Positions 41,115-51,658 are shown, numbered from the stretch's first letter. The stretch: 64,000 nucleotides of DNA from an uncultured Gemmatimonadales bacterium (GCA_963730185.1 CAVSQW010000007.1:448001-512000), one strand, 5' to 3'. Notes: generated from the letters alone by a model not told the origin. Program-made: numbers and translations.

Positions 41115-42701
41115 GCGGCCTCCGACGGCGGGGGCAGCTCGGCCACGACCCGCAGGAAGGCGTCGTACACCTCCGGCCGCCAGCAGTGCCGCGACTCGGC
41201 CAGCTTGCCAAGGGCCACCTCGACGCTCAGCGCCCCCCGATAGCTTCGGGTGGTGGTCAGCGCGTCGAAGACGTCGACGATTCCGATGATCTCGGCCGAG
41301 AGGAATCTCGTCACCGACCAGCGCGTCCGGATAACCGGTGCCATCGCGCTTCTCGTGATGCCAGCGGATCATCGGCTCCACGTCCCAAGGGAACGGAATC
41401 CCGGCCAGCATCTCGACCCCCCAGACCGGGTGCTTCTTGATCGTCTCGAACTCGTCGTCGGTCAGGCGGCCCGGCTTGTTCAGGACCTCGTGGGGAACCT
41501 TCACCTTGCCGAGGTCGTGGAGGTAGGCGCCGACCCGAATGGTGGTGAGGTCCACGTTGCTCAGACCCAGCTCCCCGGCGAGCGCCACGGCGTAGTCGGC
41601 CACCCGCTCGCAGTGACCGAAGGTGTAGCTGTCGGCCGACTCGATCGATTCGCCCCAGCTCCGGACCACGGCGAGATAGGTGTCTTCGAGATGGCGGACC
41701 TTGGCGGTGACGTCGACCTGCTCGACCCGCGCGTCAAGCCGCTGGAAGAGCCGGTGCGCGCGCGTCAGCAGGGTCAGGGCTTCGCGGTTCCGCCCGGCCT
41801 GACGATAGAGCAGGGCGATCTCGCGCGAGGCCTCGGCCTCGCCGAGCAGCGAGCCGCAGGCGTGGAAGAGGTCGATCGCGGCCCGGAGCCGGGCTTCGGC
41901 CAGGGTCGGCCGCTGGGTGTCCCGATACACCATGCCGAGGAGCTTGTAGGCGCCGGCCTTGTCGGGGCGGGAGTCGAGCTGATCGAAGATCGTGAGCGCT
42001 CGCTCGGCCAGCCGGCCGGCCTCGTCGGTCTGGCCGAGGGCCAGGAGAACCTCACCGTAGTTGAGGCGGCAGAGGCCCTCGAGGTGCCTGTCGCTCAAGC
42101 TCTGGGCGAGCTCGAGACTCTGGCGATAGTGCGCGGCCGCGTCGTCCCATCGACCCTGGTCCGCGTCCACCATGCCGAGGTTGTGGCAGGCCAGCGCGGT
42201 CCCGTGGCGGTCGCCGGCCGTGAGGAAGCCGGCCAGCGAGCGCTCGTAGTGGCCGCGGGCCCGCGACCAGTCGCCCTGCACGTTGGCAATGATCCCAAGG
42301 TTCTGCTCCACCCGAGCGCCGATGATGGCCTCGTGCCCGGCGATCCGGAGCGCCTCCTGAAAGAGGGCTCGGGCGCGATCGTAGGCGCCGGATTCGAGCT
42401 CGATCACCCCGGCGGTGTTGAGCGCCTCGCCGGCCAGGTGAGCATCGTCGGCCTTTCGAGCCAGGGCCGCCGCCTCGCGACAGGCCGACCGAGCGCCCTC
42501 GCGGTCGCCGCGCTGGAAGCAGAGCACCCCCGCGCGTCGCAGGGCTTCGCTGGCGATGGCCGGGAACTCGGCGGCTCCGGCGGCCTCGCGGTAGGCGGCG
42601 AGGGCCAGGGCAGCCTGGCCGGCGCGGTCGAGCTCGCGTCCGCGGGCCAGCGCGGCGTCGGCCTCGAGGGGCCGGGCCGGCCGGACCAGGGTGGCCGTCA
42701 C
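41111..42701 (-). CDS. TPR-repeat HD-GYP phosphodiesterase (one frameshift near 41300)
   Basis: Tandem TPRs, then DSYTFGHCERV, HDLGK, HHEKRDGTGYP, GDEIPL; the continuation AEIIGIVDVFDALTTTRSYR is in another frame. Confidence 0.85.
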
Positions 42702-42705
42702 CGCG

Positions 42706-43284
42706 CTACCAGGCGACGGCGTAGCGGGAGAAGTGATCGAGGCGGCCCTCGACCGTCCGGTGCGCCGGATCGTCGCGGGAGGGAATGACCTCGAGGATCG
42801 TCCCGCCGTCGTTGGTGGTATACACCATCCGCTTGGGCGTCCGGACCAGCGCGCACGAGCCGTAATCGAGCTCGAGCCGGGCCGGGACTTGGAACTGGAG
42901 ACCCTCCGGCCCGAACACGACGGAAGCGGTGCCGTCTCCGAGGAAGGTTCCCGAGATCACGACCGGCCGGTCCAGGGCGCCCGGCGGAACGATCAGCTCG
43001 TGCCGCCCGACTTTGAGGCGGCCGCCCTCGGGGCCGATCCGGGCCGCGTTCCGAGCCGGGAGCTCCAGCGGACAGGTGAGCAGTTGGAGAGTCTCCGCGA
43101 GCAGGCTGGTCAGGCCGTTCGTGGTGCGCTGGACGCCGCCGAGCAGCCCGCCGATCAGCGAAGTATTGGGCGCGGGTGGCGGGGGGGCGTTCGACGGCTC
43201 GAACGGCTCGACCGTACAGGAGACGAGTACGAGCGACAGCAGGCCGATGAGGGCGGCACGGGCGGTCAGGCGGCGACGAGACAC
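42706..43284 (-). CDS. Lipoprotein with ZU5-like domain and C-terminal HFS autoproteolysis motif
   Basis: GGAGA RBS; signal peptide + LVSC; IGPEGGRL...LIVPPGAL; FGPEGLQF..PARL; ends DHFSRYAVAW. Confidence 0.75.
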   Translation of the reverse strand: MSRRRLTARAALIGLLSLVLVSCTVEPFEPSNAPPPPAPNTSLIGGLLGGVQRTTNGLTSLLAETLQLLTCPLELPARNAARIGPEGGRLKVGRHELIVPPGALDRPVVISGTFLGDGTASVVFGPEGLQFQVPARLELDYGSCALVRTPKRMVYTTNDGGTILEVIPSRDDPAHRTVEGRLDHFSRYAVAW

Positions 43285-43679
43285 GACGTTTCTCCGATCG
43301 TCCAGGTTCGGGTCACCGGTTTCGATCACGGTAACGGTGGCACCCCGGAGCGCAACTGGAATGCCGAGCCCGAAGATCGGCAATGCATACAATCTTGACG
43401 CCGAGTCAAGCGATATCTCGTAACTAATTGCAATGACAAGAGATGTCGACCTCGAACGGTGTATTCCAATTTGACGGTATTGTGAAGAAAGCGTACGGTT
43501 CGACGGGGTGGGCGTGGGGGCGGCGAAGAGGAGCTGTCGCGTTGGCACGTCGACAGAAATGGCTCGGGGAGTGGGGTCGGCTCGTCGATTTTCCGTCGTC
43601 GCGGTATTATTGCCGCGCGTTCTCGCTCGGGTCCTGGGAGTCGGCCCGGCCTTCCTCCGCTTCAGCCCCGCAGGTTTCG

Positions 43680-44396
43680 ATGACCGCGCCTCCTCGTGAT
43701 GCCCCCCGCCAGCGCACCGACCTGGTCAGCCAGGCCTATCGTGAGATCCGCGATCTGATCGTCCGGTCTCGGCTGGCCCCCGGCGCTCGGATTCTCGAGC
43801 ATCAGGCGGCGACCCGGCTCGGCCTGAGCCGGACCCCGGTGCGGGCCGCGCTGCAGCGGCTTCAGCAGGAGGGCTACGTCACGGGGGCCGCGCCGGGACG
43901 GCGGGCTCGCCCGACGGTCACTCCGCTCACGATGGAGGACGCACTCGAGCTCTTCTCGATCGTGGGCGAGATCGAGGGGCTGGCGGCGGAGCACTCGGCG
44001 GGCCTGCCGTCGGCGGAGCGGAGGGCGCTGGTGGACGAGCTCACCGCGATCAACGACGAGTATCTTCGGGCCGCCACGTCGGCCCACCCCGAGGGTGACG
44101 ACCTGTTCTCGCTCGACACCCGATTTCACCGGCGGTACGTGGAGGCCGGGGCGGGGGCCAGGTTGGTGGCCCTCCATGACGCGATCAAGCCGCAAACCGA
44201 GCGGTACATCCGGGTCTACCAGACCGCGCTGGTCGAGGCGATCCGGACCTCGGTCAAGGAGCATCGGATCATCGTGGAGCGGATCGCCGAGGGGCCGCCC
44301 GCGACGGCCCAGGAGGCGGTGCGCACCAATTGGCGCAACGCCGCCCTGCGCTTACAGGCGGTCATCGGCTCGCGGGGCGAAACCGGGATCTGGTAA
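43680..44396 (+). CDS. GntR family regulator (FCD domain)
   Basis: AY..IRDLI..LAPGARI.E..LGLSRTPVRAAL..L.QEG; D.RFH; EH..I. Confidence 0.92.
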   Translation: MTAPPRDAPRQRTDLVSQAYREIRDLIVRSRLAPGARILEHQAATRLGLSRTPVRAALQRLQQEGYVTGAAPGRRARPTVTPLTMEDALELFSIVGEIEGLAAEHSAGLPSAERRALVDELTAINDEYLRAATSAHPEGDDLFSLDTRFHRRYVEAGAGARLVALHDAIKPQTERYIRVYQTALVEAIRTSVKEHRIIVERIAEGPPATAQEAVRTNWRNAALRLQAVIGSRGETGIW

Positions 44397-44644
44397 GCCC
44401 CGTAGAGAAGGATCAGTCACCGTTCGTTTGATCCATCGTTTGGACGTCGAAATCTTGGGACCGCTCTGTGCTTGCGCGGCGTGAGATCGGCCATTAGCAT
44501 AGTGGCGTTCAGTAAATTGGATGCAAAGACGTATTCATGACTGTGCGCACCTGAATCGCACCTGATTTGGGGCGCCAACAGGTTCTTTCCCCTCGCGCTC
44601 TTACGGGCGCGGCAATTGTGGTCCAAAGCGCACGGAGTCAACCC

Positions 44645-47587
44645 ATGAGGCTTAGTACAGTCCTCGGCTTGGGCGGCGTCTTCCTGGCTGCAGTCGCAGC
44701 CCCCTTGGTAGCCCAGCAGGAAGTGGGCGGCCGGGTGACGGACGGTCGTACCGGGCGCTCCCTCGAGGGAGCAATCGTGGCGGTGCAAGGCGGGACCCCG
44801 TCGACCCGAACGGACAATGACGGTCGATTCAAGTTGACCGGTCTGAGCGGGGGGACTGTCACCCTCTCGATCACCATGATTGGGTTCCGCCCCGGGACCC
44901 AAACGGCCAACGTTGGCAACATGAACCTCCAGATCACGCTCAACGAGCTGGCGGTGAACCTGGGTGAGTTGGTCGTTACCGGGACGGTCGCGGGGGCCGA
45001 GAAGCGGACGGTCGGCAATTCGGTCACGACGGTGCGGGCGGCGGACGTGCAGGAGATCGCGCCGGCACCGGACGTGAGCAACCTGATCAACGCGCGGGCG
45101 CCGGGCGTGGTGGTGATTCCGGGCAGCGGCCAGGTGGGCGCTGGTCCCCGGATCAAGATCCGGGGCACCAACAGCTTCTCGCTCAACGATCAGCCGCTGA
45201 TCTACGTGGACGGCGTCCGGGTCGCGAACGACGTCTCGACCGGCATCAACGTCCAGGCCTTCGGCTCGGCGCTCGTCTCGCGGCTGAACGACTTCAGCCC
45301 CGACGAGATCGACCATATCGAGATCCTCAAGGGTCCGGCGGCGGCGACGTTGTACGGCACCGAGGCCTCGAACGGTGTGATCCAGATCTTCACCAAGCGG
45401 GGGCAAGCCGGCGGGAAGCCGAAGATCTCGGCGACCGTCCGGCAGGGCACCCAGTGGTTCTCGAATCCGGAAGGTCGGATCCGGCAGCCGGTGAACATGG
45501 TCAACGGCGTCCTGACGGCCTGGGATCCGGTCCGCCAGGAGGACTCGCTCTACAAGCTGGGTCTGGTATCACGGCCGCTGTTCTCGAACGGCTACATGAT
45601 GGGCTACGGCGCCAACGTGGGCGGCGGGAACAGCACCGTCCGCTACTTCGCCGGGGCCACGTTCGACCGGGACAACGGGATCGAGCCGGTCAACAACCAG
45701 CGTCGGCTCACGACCAATCTGAACCTCAATCTGACGCCCTCGGACAAGTGGGACCTCCAGGCGTCGATGTCGTACGTGAAGACCAAGCTCAACCAGGCGT
45801 ACGAGGCCGGCGCGGGCGGGATCTGGTTCTCGACCCTGTTCGGCGATCCGGGGCTGGTCAATCAGCCGGAGCGTGGCTTCCTGTTCGGTCCGCCCGAGTT
45901 CCAGTGGGGGATCGCCCAGCCGTCGCAGAACATCGACCGGATGACCGGGAGCATCACCATCAACCACCGGCCGACCAAGTGGTTCAGCCAGCGGTTGACG
46001 GTGGGTCAGGATCAGACGGCCGAGGCGAGTGAGGAGCTGCAGCCCTATCTGTCGAACCCCGAGTGGGTGCGGTGGTGCTCCGGTGACTGCGCTCTGGGGT
46101 ACAAGTACACCCAGAACCGGGCCATCAGCTACACGACCTTCGACTACAACGCCAACGCCAAGTTCAGCCTCAGCGACAAGATCGGGACCACCACCTCGTT
46201 CGGCGCCCAGTACTACCGGCGGCGGACCAACACGATTTGGGCGGAGGGCGATCGGTTCCCGGCCCCGGGTCTCGAGACGGTGGGAACGACGGCGCAGACC
46301 TTCGGGTTCGACGACTTCATCGAGAACTCCACGGTCGGCTTCTTCGGGCAGGAGCAGGTCGCGATCAACGACAAGCTCTACCTGACCGGCGCCCTCCGGG
46401 TCGACAACAACAGTGCCTTCGGCTCGGACTTCAACTGGATCGTCTATCCGAAGCTCAGCGCCTCCTACGTGGTGGCGGAGGGGCAGACGGGCACGGTGAA
46501 CGCCCTCAAGCTCCGAGCCGCCTACGGTCAGGCCGGTCAGCAGCCGGACGCCTTCGCGGCGCTCCGGAGCTACCAGGCCGTGACCGCCGGCGACGGCTCG
46601 CCGGCCATCATCCCGCAGTTCGTCGGCAACCCGAACCTCAAGCCCGAGCGGGGCACCGAGTTCGAGACCGGCTTCGAGGCGGGGCTCTTCAACGACAAGG
46701 TGGCGGTCGACTTCACCTTCTACTACCAGAAGACGCGAGACGCCATCCTCAACAAGTCGCTGGCGCCGTCGACCGGCTTCCCGGGCCTCCAGTTCGTCAA
46801 CATCGGGTCGCTCCGGAACATGGGCATCGAGGGCCAGATCTCGGTGACCCCGATCGAGCATCGGAACTTCCGGCTCCAGACCGACCTCAACTTCTCCCAC
46901 AACAGCAACAAGGTCCTGAGCCTCGGCGAGGGCGTCGACTCGCTCGGCACCTTCGGGCCCAAGGTCGGCTATCCGGTCGACGCGATCTTCCGGCGCAAGG
47001 TGACGAGCGCCCAGCTGGATTCGAACGGCAACGCGATCAACGTCCTCTGCGACGGCGGCGCCTCGGGCGTCGACAAGGCCTGCAGCTCGGCCGGCGGTCT
47101 TTATCTCGGCGTCTGGGATCCGCGCTGGGAGGGCTCGTTCAGCGCGACGGTGACGCTGCACAACCGGCTCCGCCTGTACGGGCTGGTGGACTTCAAGCTC
47201 GGCAACCGGCACTTCGACAACAACCTGCGCGCCCTCTGCCAGGTGTTCCGTCGCTGTGACGAGAACTTCAACCCGCAGAACTACGACGTGCTGACCATCG
47301 CCGAGATCCAGAGCAACAACGTGGCCCAGAGCTGGGTGATCAACAAGGCGGACTTCGCCAAGATCCGCGAGCTCTCGGTCGGCTACTCCTTCCCGCGGCG
47401 GATGGCGAAGTGGGTCGGGGGGCAGGACGCGACGCTGACCCTGTCCGCCCGGAACCTCCACACCTTTACGGGGTGGAGCGGGATGGATCCCGAGGCCTAC
47501 TTCGTGACCCAGTTGTTCACCCGGTTGGAGCAGGACAACACCCCGCAGCTGGCCTCGTTCCAGGCCACGCTCAACATCTCGTTCTGA
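44645..47587 (+). CDS. SusC/RagA family TonB-dependent outer-membrane transporter
   Basis: VVTG, IRGTNS, PLIYVDGV, IEILKGPAAATLYGTEASNGVIQIFTKRG, NPNLKPE, C-terminal F. Confidence 0.95.
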   Translation: MRLSTVLGLGGVFLAAVAAPLVAQQEVGGRVTDGRTGRSLEGAIVAVQGGTPSTRTDNDGRFKLTGLSGGTVTLSITMIGFRPGTQTANVGNMNLQITLNELAVNLGELVVTGTVAGAEKRTVGNSVTTVRAADVQEIAPAPDVSNLINARAPGVVVIPGSGQVGAGPRIKIRGTNSFSLNDQPLIYVDGVRVANDVSTGINVQAFGSALVSRLNDFSPDEIDHIEILKGPAAATLYGTEASNGVIQIFTKRGQAGGKPKISATVRQGTQWFSNPEGRIRQPVNMVNGVLTAWDPVRQEDSLYKLGLVSRPLFSNGYMMGYGANVGGGNSTVRYFAGATFDRDNGIEPVNNQRRLTTNLNLNLTPSDKWDLQASMSYVKTKLNQAYEAGAGGIWFSTLFGDPGLVNQPERGFLFGPPEFQWGIAQPSQNIDRMTGSITINHRPTKWFSQRLTVGQDQTAEASEELQPYLSNPEWVRWCSGDCALGYKYTQNRAISYTTFDYNANAKFSLSDKIGTTTSFGAQYYRRRTNTIWAEGDRFPAPGLETVGTTAQTFGFDDFIENSTVGFFGQEQVAINDKLYLTGALRVDNNSAFGSDFNWIVYPKLSASYVVAEGQTGTVNALKLRAAYGQAGQQPDAFAALRSYQAVTAGDGSPAIIPQFVGNPNLKPERGTEFETGFEAGLFNDKVAVDFTFYYQKTRDAILNKSLAPSTGFPGLQFVNIGSLRNMGIEGQISVTPIEHRNFRLQTDLNFSHNSNKVLSLGEGVDSLGTFGPKVGYPVDAIFRRKVTSAQLDSNGNAINVLCDGGASGVDKACSSAGGLYLGVWDPRWEGSFSATVTLHNRLRLYGLVDFKLGNRHFDNNLRALCQVFRRCDENFNPQNYDVLTIAEIQSNNVAQSWVINKADFAKIRELSVGYSFPRRMAKWVGGQDATLTLSARNLHTFTGWSGMDPEAYFVTQLFTRLEQDNTPQLASFQATLNISF

Positions 47588-47618
47588 GCCGCTTCGGGGC
47601 GAAAGGAGATTACTGACG

Positions 47619-48932
47619 ATGCGCAACGCATCTTGGGTCATTCGACGGGCGCTGGTGCCACTCAGTGTCCTGGTCCTCCCGCTGGTTACCCTCGCGGGCT
47701 GCAACAAACTGCTCGACGTTCAGGCGCCGAGCCGGGTGGCGGTCGACGTGCTCGACCGGCCGTCCTCCGCCGGCCTCCTGGTGGACGGGGCGCGGGCCGC
47801 CTTCGGGTGCGCCTACCAGGCCTACATCATGGGCAACGCCCTCCTCACCGACGAGATGGACGACACCCAGCTCGCCGCGGCGGCCTGGGATTGGGACCGG
47901 CGGAGCTGGAACGGCTCGCTCGGGCAGGCCTACGCCGAGTCGCCGTGTGACGCCGGCCAGATCTTCGGGACCTACCGGCCGCTCCAGACGGCGCGCTTCT
48001 CGGCCGACGACGCGGTGAACCGGCTGGCGGCCTTCAGCGACGCCGACGTGCCGGGCCGGGCCGCGCTCCAGGCGCAGGCCAACCTGCTGTCCGGGTACAA
48101 CCGAATCATGTTGGGCGAGGGCTTCTGCACGATGGCGATCGACAACGGTCCGGAGATCACCCAGACCGACGTCTTTACCCAGGCCGAGCAGTACTTCACC
48201 GACGCCATCACGTTCGCGGCCTCGGCCGGAGACGCGGATCTGGGTAACGCCGCCAAGGTCGGACGGGCCCGAGCTCGGCTCGATCTGGCCCGGGTTCCTG
48301 GGCAGGCGGTCAGCAACCAGAATTACACCGACGCGATGTCCGATGCGTCGCAGGTGCCGGCCGGGTTCGAGTACGACATGGCCTACAACCCGAACTCGAG
48401 CTACAGCCGGAACAACATCTCGGCCCGGAACCGGAACTTCCTCCAGTACGGCATCGGGGTGAACTACCGGAACCTGAACGATCCGCGGGTCGTGGTGACC
48501 AACTCGGGGCAGACCGGCGCCGACGCGGTCAGCATCGTCTGGCTCACGGACAAGTACCCCAGCCAGAGCTCGCCGATCGTGTTGGCCTCGTACAAAGAGG
48601 CCCAGCTGATCCTGGCCGAGGGGCAGTTGTTCACCAGCGGTCCGGCCGCCGCGGTCGCGACGCTGGACGCCCTCCGGGGCCGGGCCGGTGTGGGTCTGCC
48701 GCCCTACAGCGGCACCGTGGACGCCGCCAGCGTGCAGGCGTTCCTGCTCTCCGAGCGATCCAAGGAGCTGTTCCTCGAGGGGCAGCACTTCTGGGACATC
48801 GCCCGGTTCAACCTGCCGCTCGACCCGCCCGCGGGGACGGTCTACCCGGGCAAGGGCGGCAACTACGGCGATCTCCGCTGCCTCCCGCTTCCCGACATCG
48901 AGCGGATCAACAACCCGAACATCGGGGGATGA
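47619..48932 (+). CDS. RagB/SusD family nutrient-uptake lipoprotein
   Basis: Lipobox LAGC; EAQLILAE, LRGRAG, ERSKELFLEGQHFWDIARF, PLPDIE..NPN. Confidence 0.93.
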   Translation: MRNASWVIRRALVPLSVLVLPLVTLAGCNKLLDVQAPSRVAVDVLDRPSSAGLLVDGARAAFGCAYQAYIMGNALLTDEMDDTQLAAAAWDWDRRSWNGSLGQAYAESPCDAGQIFGTYRPLQTARFSADDAVNRLAAFSDADVPGRAALQAQANLLSGYNRIMLGEGFCTMAIDNGPEITQTDVFTQAEQYFTDAITFAASAGDADLGNAAKVGRARARLDLARVPGQAVSNQNYTDAMSDASQVPAGFEYDMAYNPNSSYSRNNISARNRNFLQYGIGVNYRNLNDPRVVVTNSGQTGADAVSIVWLTDKYPSQSSPIVLASYKEAQLILAEGQLFTSGPAAAVATLDALRGRAGVGLPPYSGTVDAASVQAFLLSERSKELFLEGQHFWDIARFNLPLDPPAGTVYPGKGGNYGDLRCLPLPDIERINNPNIGG

Positions 48933-49104
48933 TGGCGGGGAGTAGGGATTTGGGAGTGGTGACTAGGGAGTGAGTTGGGAGTAGGGAGTAGGGGAAAACG
49001 AGGGGGCCCGCGCAGCAGCGCCGGGCCCCTTCGCACACCCCTACTGCCCACTCCCTACTCCCTCGCTATTCACCACTCACGAATCACCAGTCACTATTCG
49101 CGAG
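48933..49104. repeat. Inverted array of degenerate heptamers (GGGAGTA / TACTCCC) flanking a GC hairpin
   Basis: gggagtagggagtagggg ... ggggcccg/cgggcccc ... cccactccctactccc, between convergent genes. Confidence 0.75.
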
Positions 49105-50391
49105 CTATGGAAAGTCAGGGAATCTGTCGCCGGTCGGCCAGGTGGTGACGGCGCCCAGGGCCTGGCCGAGGGTCGGGTCGATCAGCGACTCGAACTGGGA
49201 GTTGGGGACCATGGCGCGGGCGTTGAAGACCGCGGCGACGGTGATGCCGCTGGCGTAGCGGGCCACGAACGACGCGGTGCCCGGCAGAGACCCGTTGTGC
49301 CACCAGTTGCCGGGATCGGGGCGCACCAGCCAGCCGAGGCCGTAGAAGTAGGAGGAGCCGGTCCAGACGTTGGGAGGCGCCATCAGCATCTGGATCCGCT
49401 CGGCGGGCCCGATCAGGTCGGGGCGGACCGAGCCGGCGTCCATGGCGGTCATGAACTTGACCAGGTCGACCGCCGAGGCGATCCAGCCGCCGTGGGAGTC
49501 CATGGACTCGATGTAGAACCCGCCGTAGGCGAACGGGACCACGCCCTCGCCGGGGAAGACGGACTCCGCGGTGGCGGGGTCGTAGTAGTGGACCTCGCCG
49601 GCGGCTGCCTGCGGCAGCCGCGAGTGGCCCAGCTCCATCCGGGTGATGCCCGCCGGGGCCATGACGTTGGCCCTCATCCAGTCGCCGTAGGGCTGGCCGG
49701 TGACGTGCTCGATGATCCGGCCCAGGACCATGTAGCCGAAGTTGGAGTAGGCGTAGCGGGCGCCCGGGTCGAAGTCGAGCTGCCGGCCCTCCATATAGGA
49801 GATGACATCCTCGGCACTGGCCGGCTGGGCGGCACCCAGGGCGCCGGCGATCTGGGCGTTCTGGAATACCGGGTCGCCGCTCACGTCGCGGTCCCAGCCG
49901 CCCACGTGCCAGAGCAACTGGCGGACGGTGATGGTGGCGAGCCGCGGGTCGACCGTGGCGCCCGCTGGCGGCACGATGTCGGGGATCAGCGAGAAGGCCG
50001 GGGCGTCGAGGTCGATTTTCCCTTGGGCCGCCAGGCGGAGCAGCCCAGCGGAGGTGAACGGCTTCGAGACGCTGGCGATTCGGAAGAGCGCGTCGGGTTG
50101 GACGGTGGCCTTGGTCAGGGTGTCGGCGTAGCCGAACCCCCGGGCATAGACCAGCCGCTCGCGATAGGCCACCGCCACCGCGCCACCGGGAATCTGCCAG
50201 TTCTGCATCAGGGTCCGAATGCCCTGGTCCATCGCCTGGAGCTCGGGCACGGCGGTCCCGGTGATCGGGAGCTCGGGTGGAGGCGGCGGTGGCGGAGCCG
50301 GCGGATTGGGCGGGGTCGGCCCGCCGCCGCAGGCCAGGGTGAGACCGACCAGTGCGGTGACCGCGCGGCGAGCTCGAGAGTGGTGAGTCAT
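49105..50391 (-). CDS. Serine hydrolase lipoprotein (beta-lactamase family)
   Basis: LAC lipobox, Pro-rich linker; FRIASVSK, YSN, HNGS. Confidence 0.9.
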   Translation of the reverse strand: MTHHSRARRAVTALVGLTLACGGGPTPPNPPAPPPPPPPELPITGTAVPELQAMDQGIRTLMQNWQIPGGAVAVAYRERLVYARGFGYADTLTKATVQPDALFRIASVSKPFTSAGLLRLAAQGKIDLDAPAFSLIPDIVPPAGATVDPRLATITVRQLLWHVGGWDRDVSGDPVFQNAQIAGALGAAQPASAEDVISYMEGRQLDFDPGARYAYSNFGYMVLGRIIEHVTGQPYGDWMRANVMAPAGITRMELGHSRLPQAAAGEVHYYDPATAESVFPGEGVVPFAYGGFYIESMDSHGGWIASAVDLVKFMTAMDAGSVRPDLIGPAERIQMLMAPPNVWTGSSYFYGLGWLVRPDPGNWWHNGSLPGTASFVARYASGITVAAVFNARAMVPNSQFESLIDPTLGQALGAVTTWPTGDRFPDFP

Positions 50392-50493
50392 CCTTCCAAT
50401 CTACGGTCCCCGATGCGAGGGGCCACCGCCGGCTGGCCTCCGAGGGCGTTCGGAGGGTAACGTTACCGACACCCCCTCGGAAGTTGGCAAACG

Positions 50494-51393
50494 ATGATCT
50501 TCGCGCGGGTGCTGGCCGGGGTCAGTCTCGTTCTGGCGCCGGTGGTGACGGCGGCGCAGGCCACGCCGCCCGGCACCGACCTCTATCTGGCCAAGCTGGC
50601 GTTCTCTCGGGGCGAGCTCTCGATCTCCGCCCCGACCCGGCTCACCGAGCGGCCCGGGTACGACAACCAGCCGGCGTTTTCGCCGGATGGAAAGCGGATC
50701 TACTACACCTCGATCCGGGGAGCGGGGGCCGAGAGCCAGGCCGATACTTGGGTCCTCGACCTCGCGTCGGGGCGGAGCACGGCGTTCACCGATACGCCGG
50801 AGAGCGAGTACTCGCCGACCCTGATGCCCGGCGGGCGGGAGCTCGCCGTGGTGCGGGTCGAGGCGGACTCGACCCAGCGGCTTTGGGCCTTTCCGCTGGC
50901 GGGCGGTGCCCCGCGGCTGCTGCTCGAGCGGATCAAGCCGGTAGGCTATCAGGTGTGGCTCGACTCGAAGACGGTGGGCGTCTACGTCCTCGGATCGCCT
51001 GCCACCTTCCAGGTGGCCGATCTTCCGAGCGGAACGGCCCGGGTGCTCTTGAGCGACATCGGCCGGTCGCTCCAGCTGGTGCCGGGCCGGCGCGCGGTCA
51101 GCGTGATTCACCGAGTGTCAGAAACCGATTGGTGGCTGACCGAGGTGGACCCGGCGTCGGGTGCGACCCGCCCGGTCGTGAAGATGCCGGACGGGGCCGA
51201 CTACGTGGTGTGGCTCCCGGACGGGTCGATCCTGACCGCGCGGGAGCACGCCTTGCTCCGGTTTCGGCCCGGGGCCGATTCGGCCTTCCGGGTGGTGACC
51301 GACCTGACCGCGGCCGGGGTGGGCCGGATCAGCCGGCTGGCGGTGAGTCCCGAGGGCGACCGGCTGGCGTTCGTCGCGGAGGAAACTCCATGA
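50494..51393 (+). CDS. TolB-like beta-propeller (PD40) protein
   Basis: Signal peptide; YDNQPAFSPDG, ESEYSPT, AVSPEG. Confidence 0.8.
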   Translation: MIFARVLAGVSLVLAPVVTAAQATPPGTDLYLAKLAFSRGELSISAPTRLTERPGYDNQPAFSPDGKRIYYTSIRGAGAESQADTWVLDLASGRSTAFTDTPESEYSPTLMPGGRELAVVRVEADSTQRLWAFPLAGGAPRLLLERIKPVGYQVWLDSKTVGVYVLGSPATFQVADLPSGTARVLLSDIGRSLQLVPGRRAVSVIHRVSETDWWLTEVDPASGATRPVVKMPDGADYVVWLPDGSILTAREHALLRFRPGADSAFRVVTDLTAAGVGRISRLAVSPEGDRLAFVAEETP

Positions 51394-51617
51394 GCGGATG
51401 GAAACGGATCGCGGTGGCCGGGCTCGGACTGGCCCTGATCGGCTGTGCGGGCAAGAAGCCGGAAAAGACCGCTGCGACGTCCGATACGCTGACCACCCGT
51501 CAGCGGCAGGAGGCGATCGGCCGGAGCGGGCTGCCGGGCGCCAAGGCCATCAACAAGGCGCTCGAGGCGGCGGACTCGGAGGCGGCTCGGGTGGGGCGGC
51601 TGGACTCGATCCGCTGA
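51390..51617 (+). CDS. Small hypothetical lipoprotein
   Basis: ATGA overlap, GGAGG RBS, LIGC lipobox; 75 aa. Confidence 0.7.
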   Translation: MSGWKRIAVAGLGLALIGCAGKKPEKTAATSDTLTTRQRQEAIGRSGLPGAKAINKALEAADSEAARVGRLDSIR

Positions 51618-51658
51618 GCGGCCCCCGGGGGCGCGAACCAACCAACCAGTGAGCACAG

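Noticed and set aside
40095..42701. Single 868-aa TPR-HD-TPR protein
   Set aside because: Better explained as two genes joined by one frameshift: the HD-GYP tail is in another frame and ends in an ATGA overlap.
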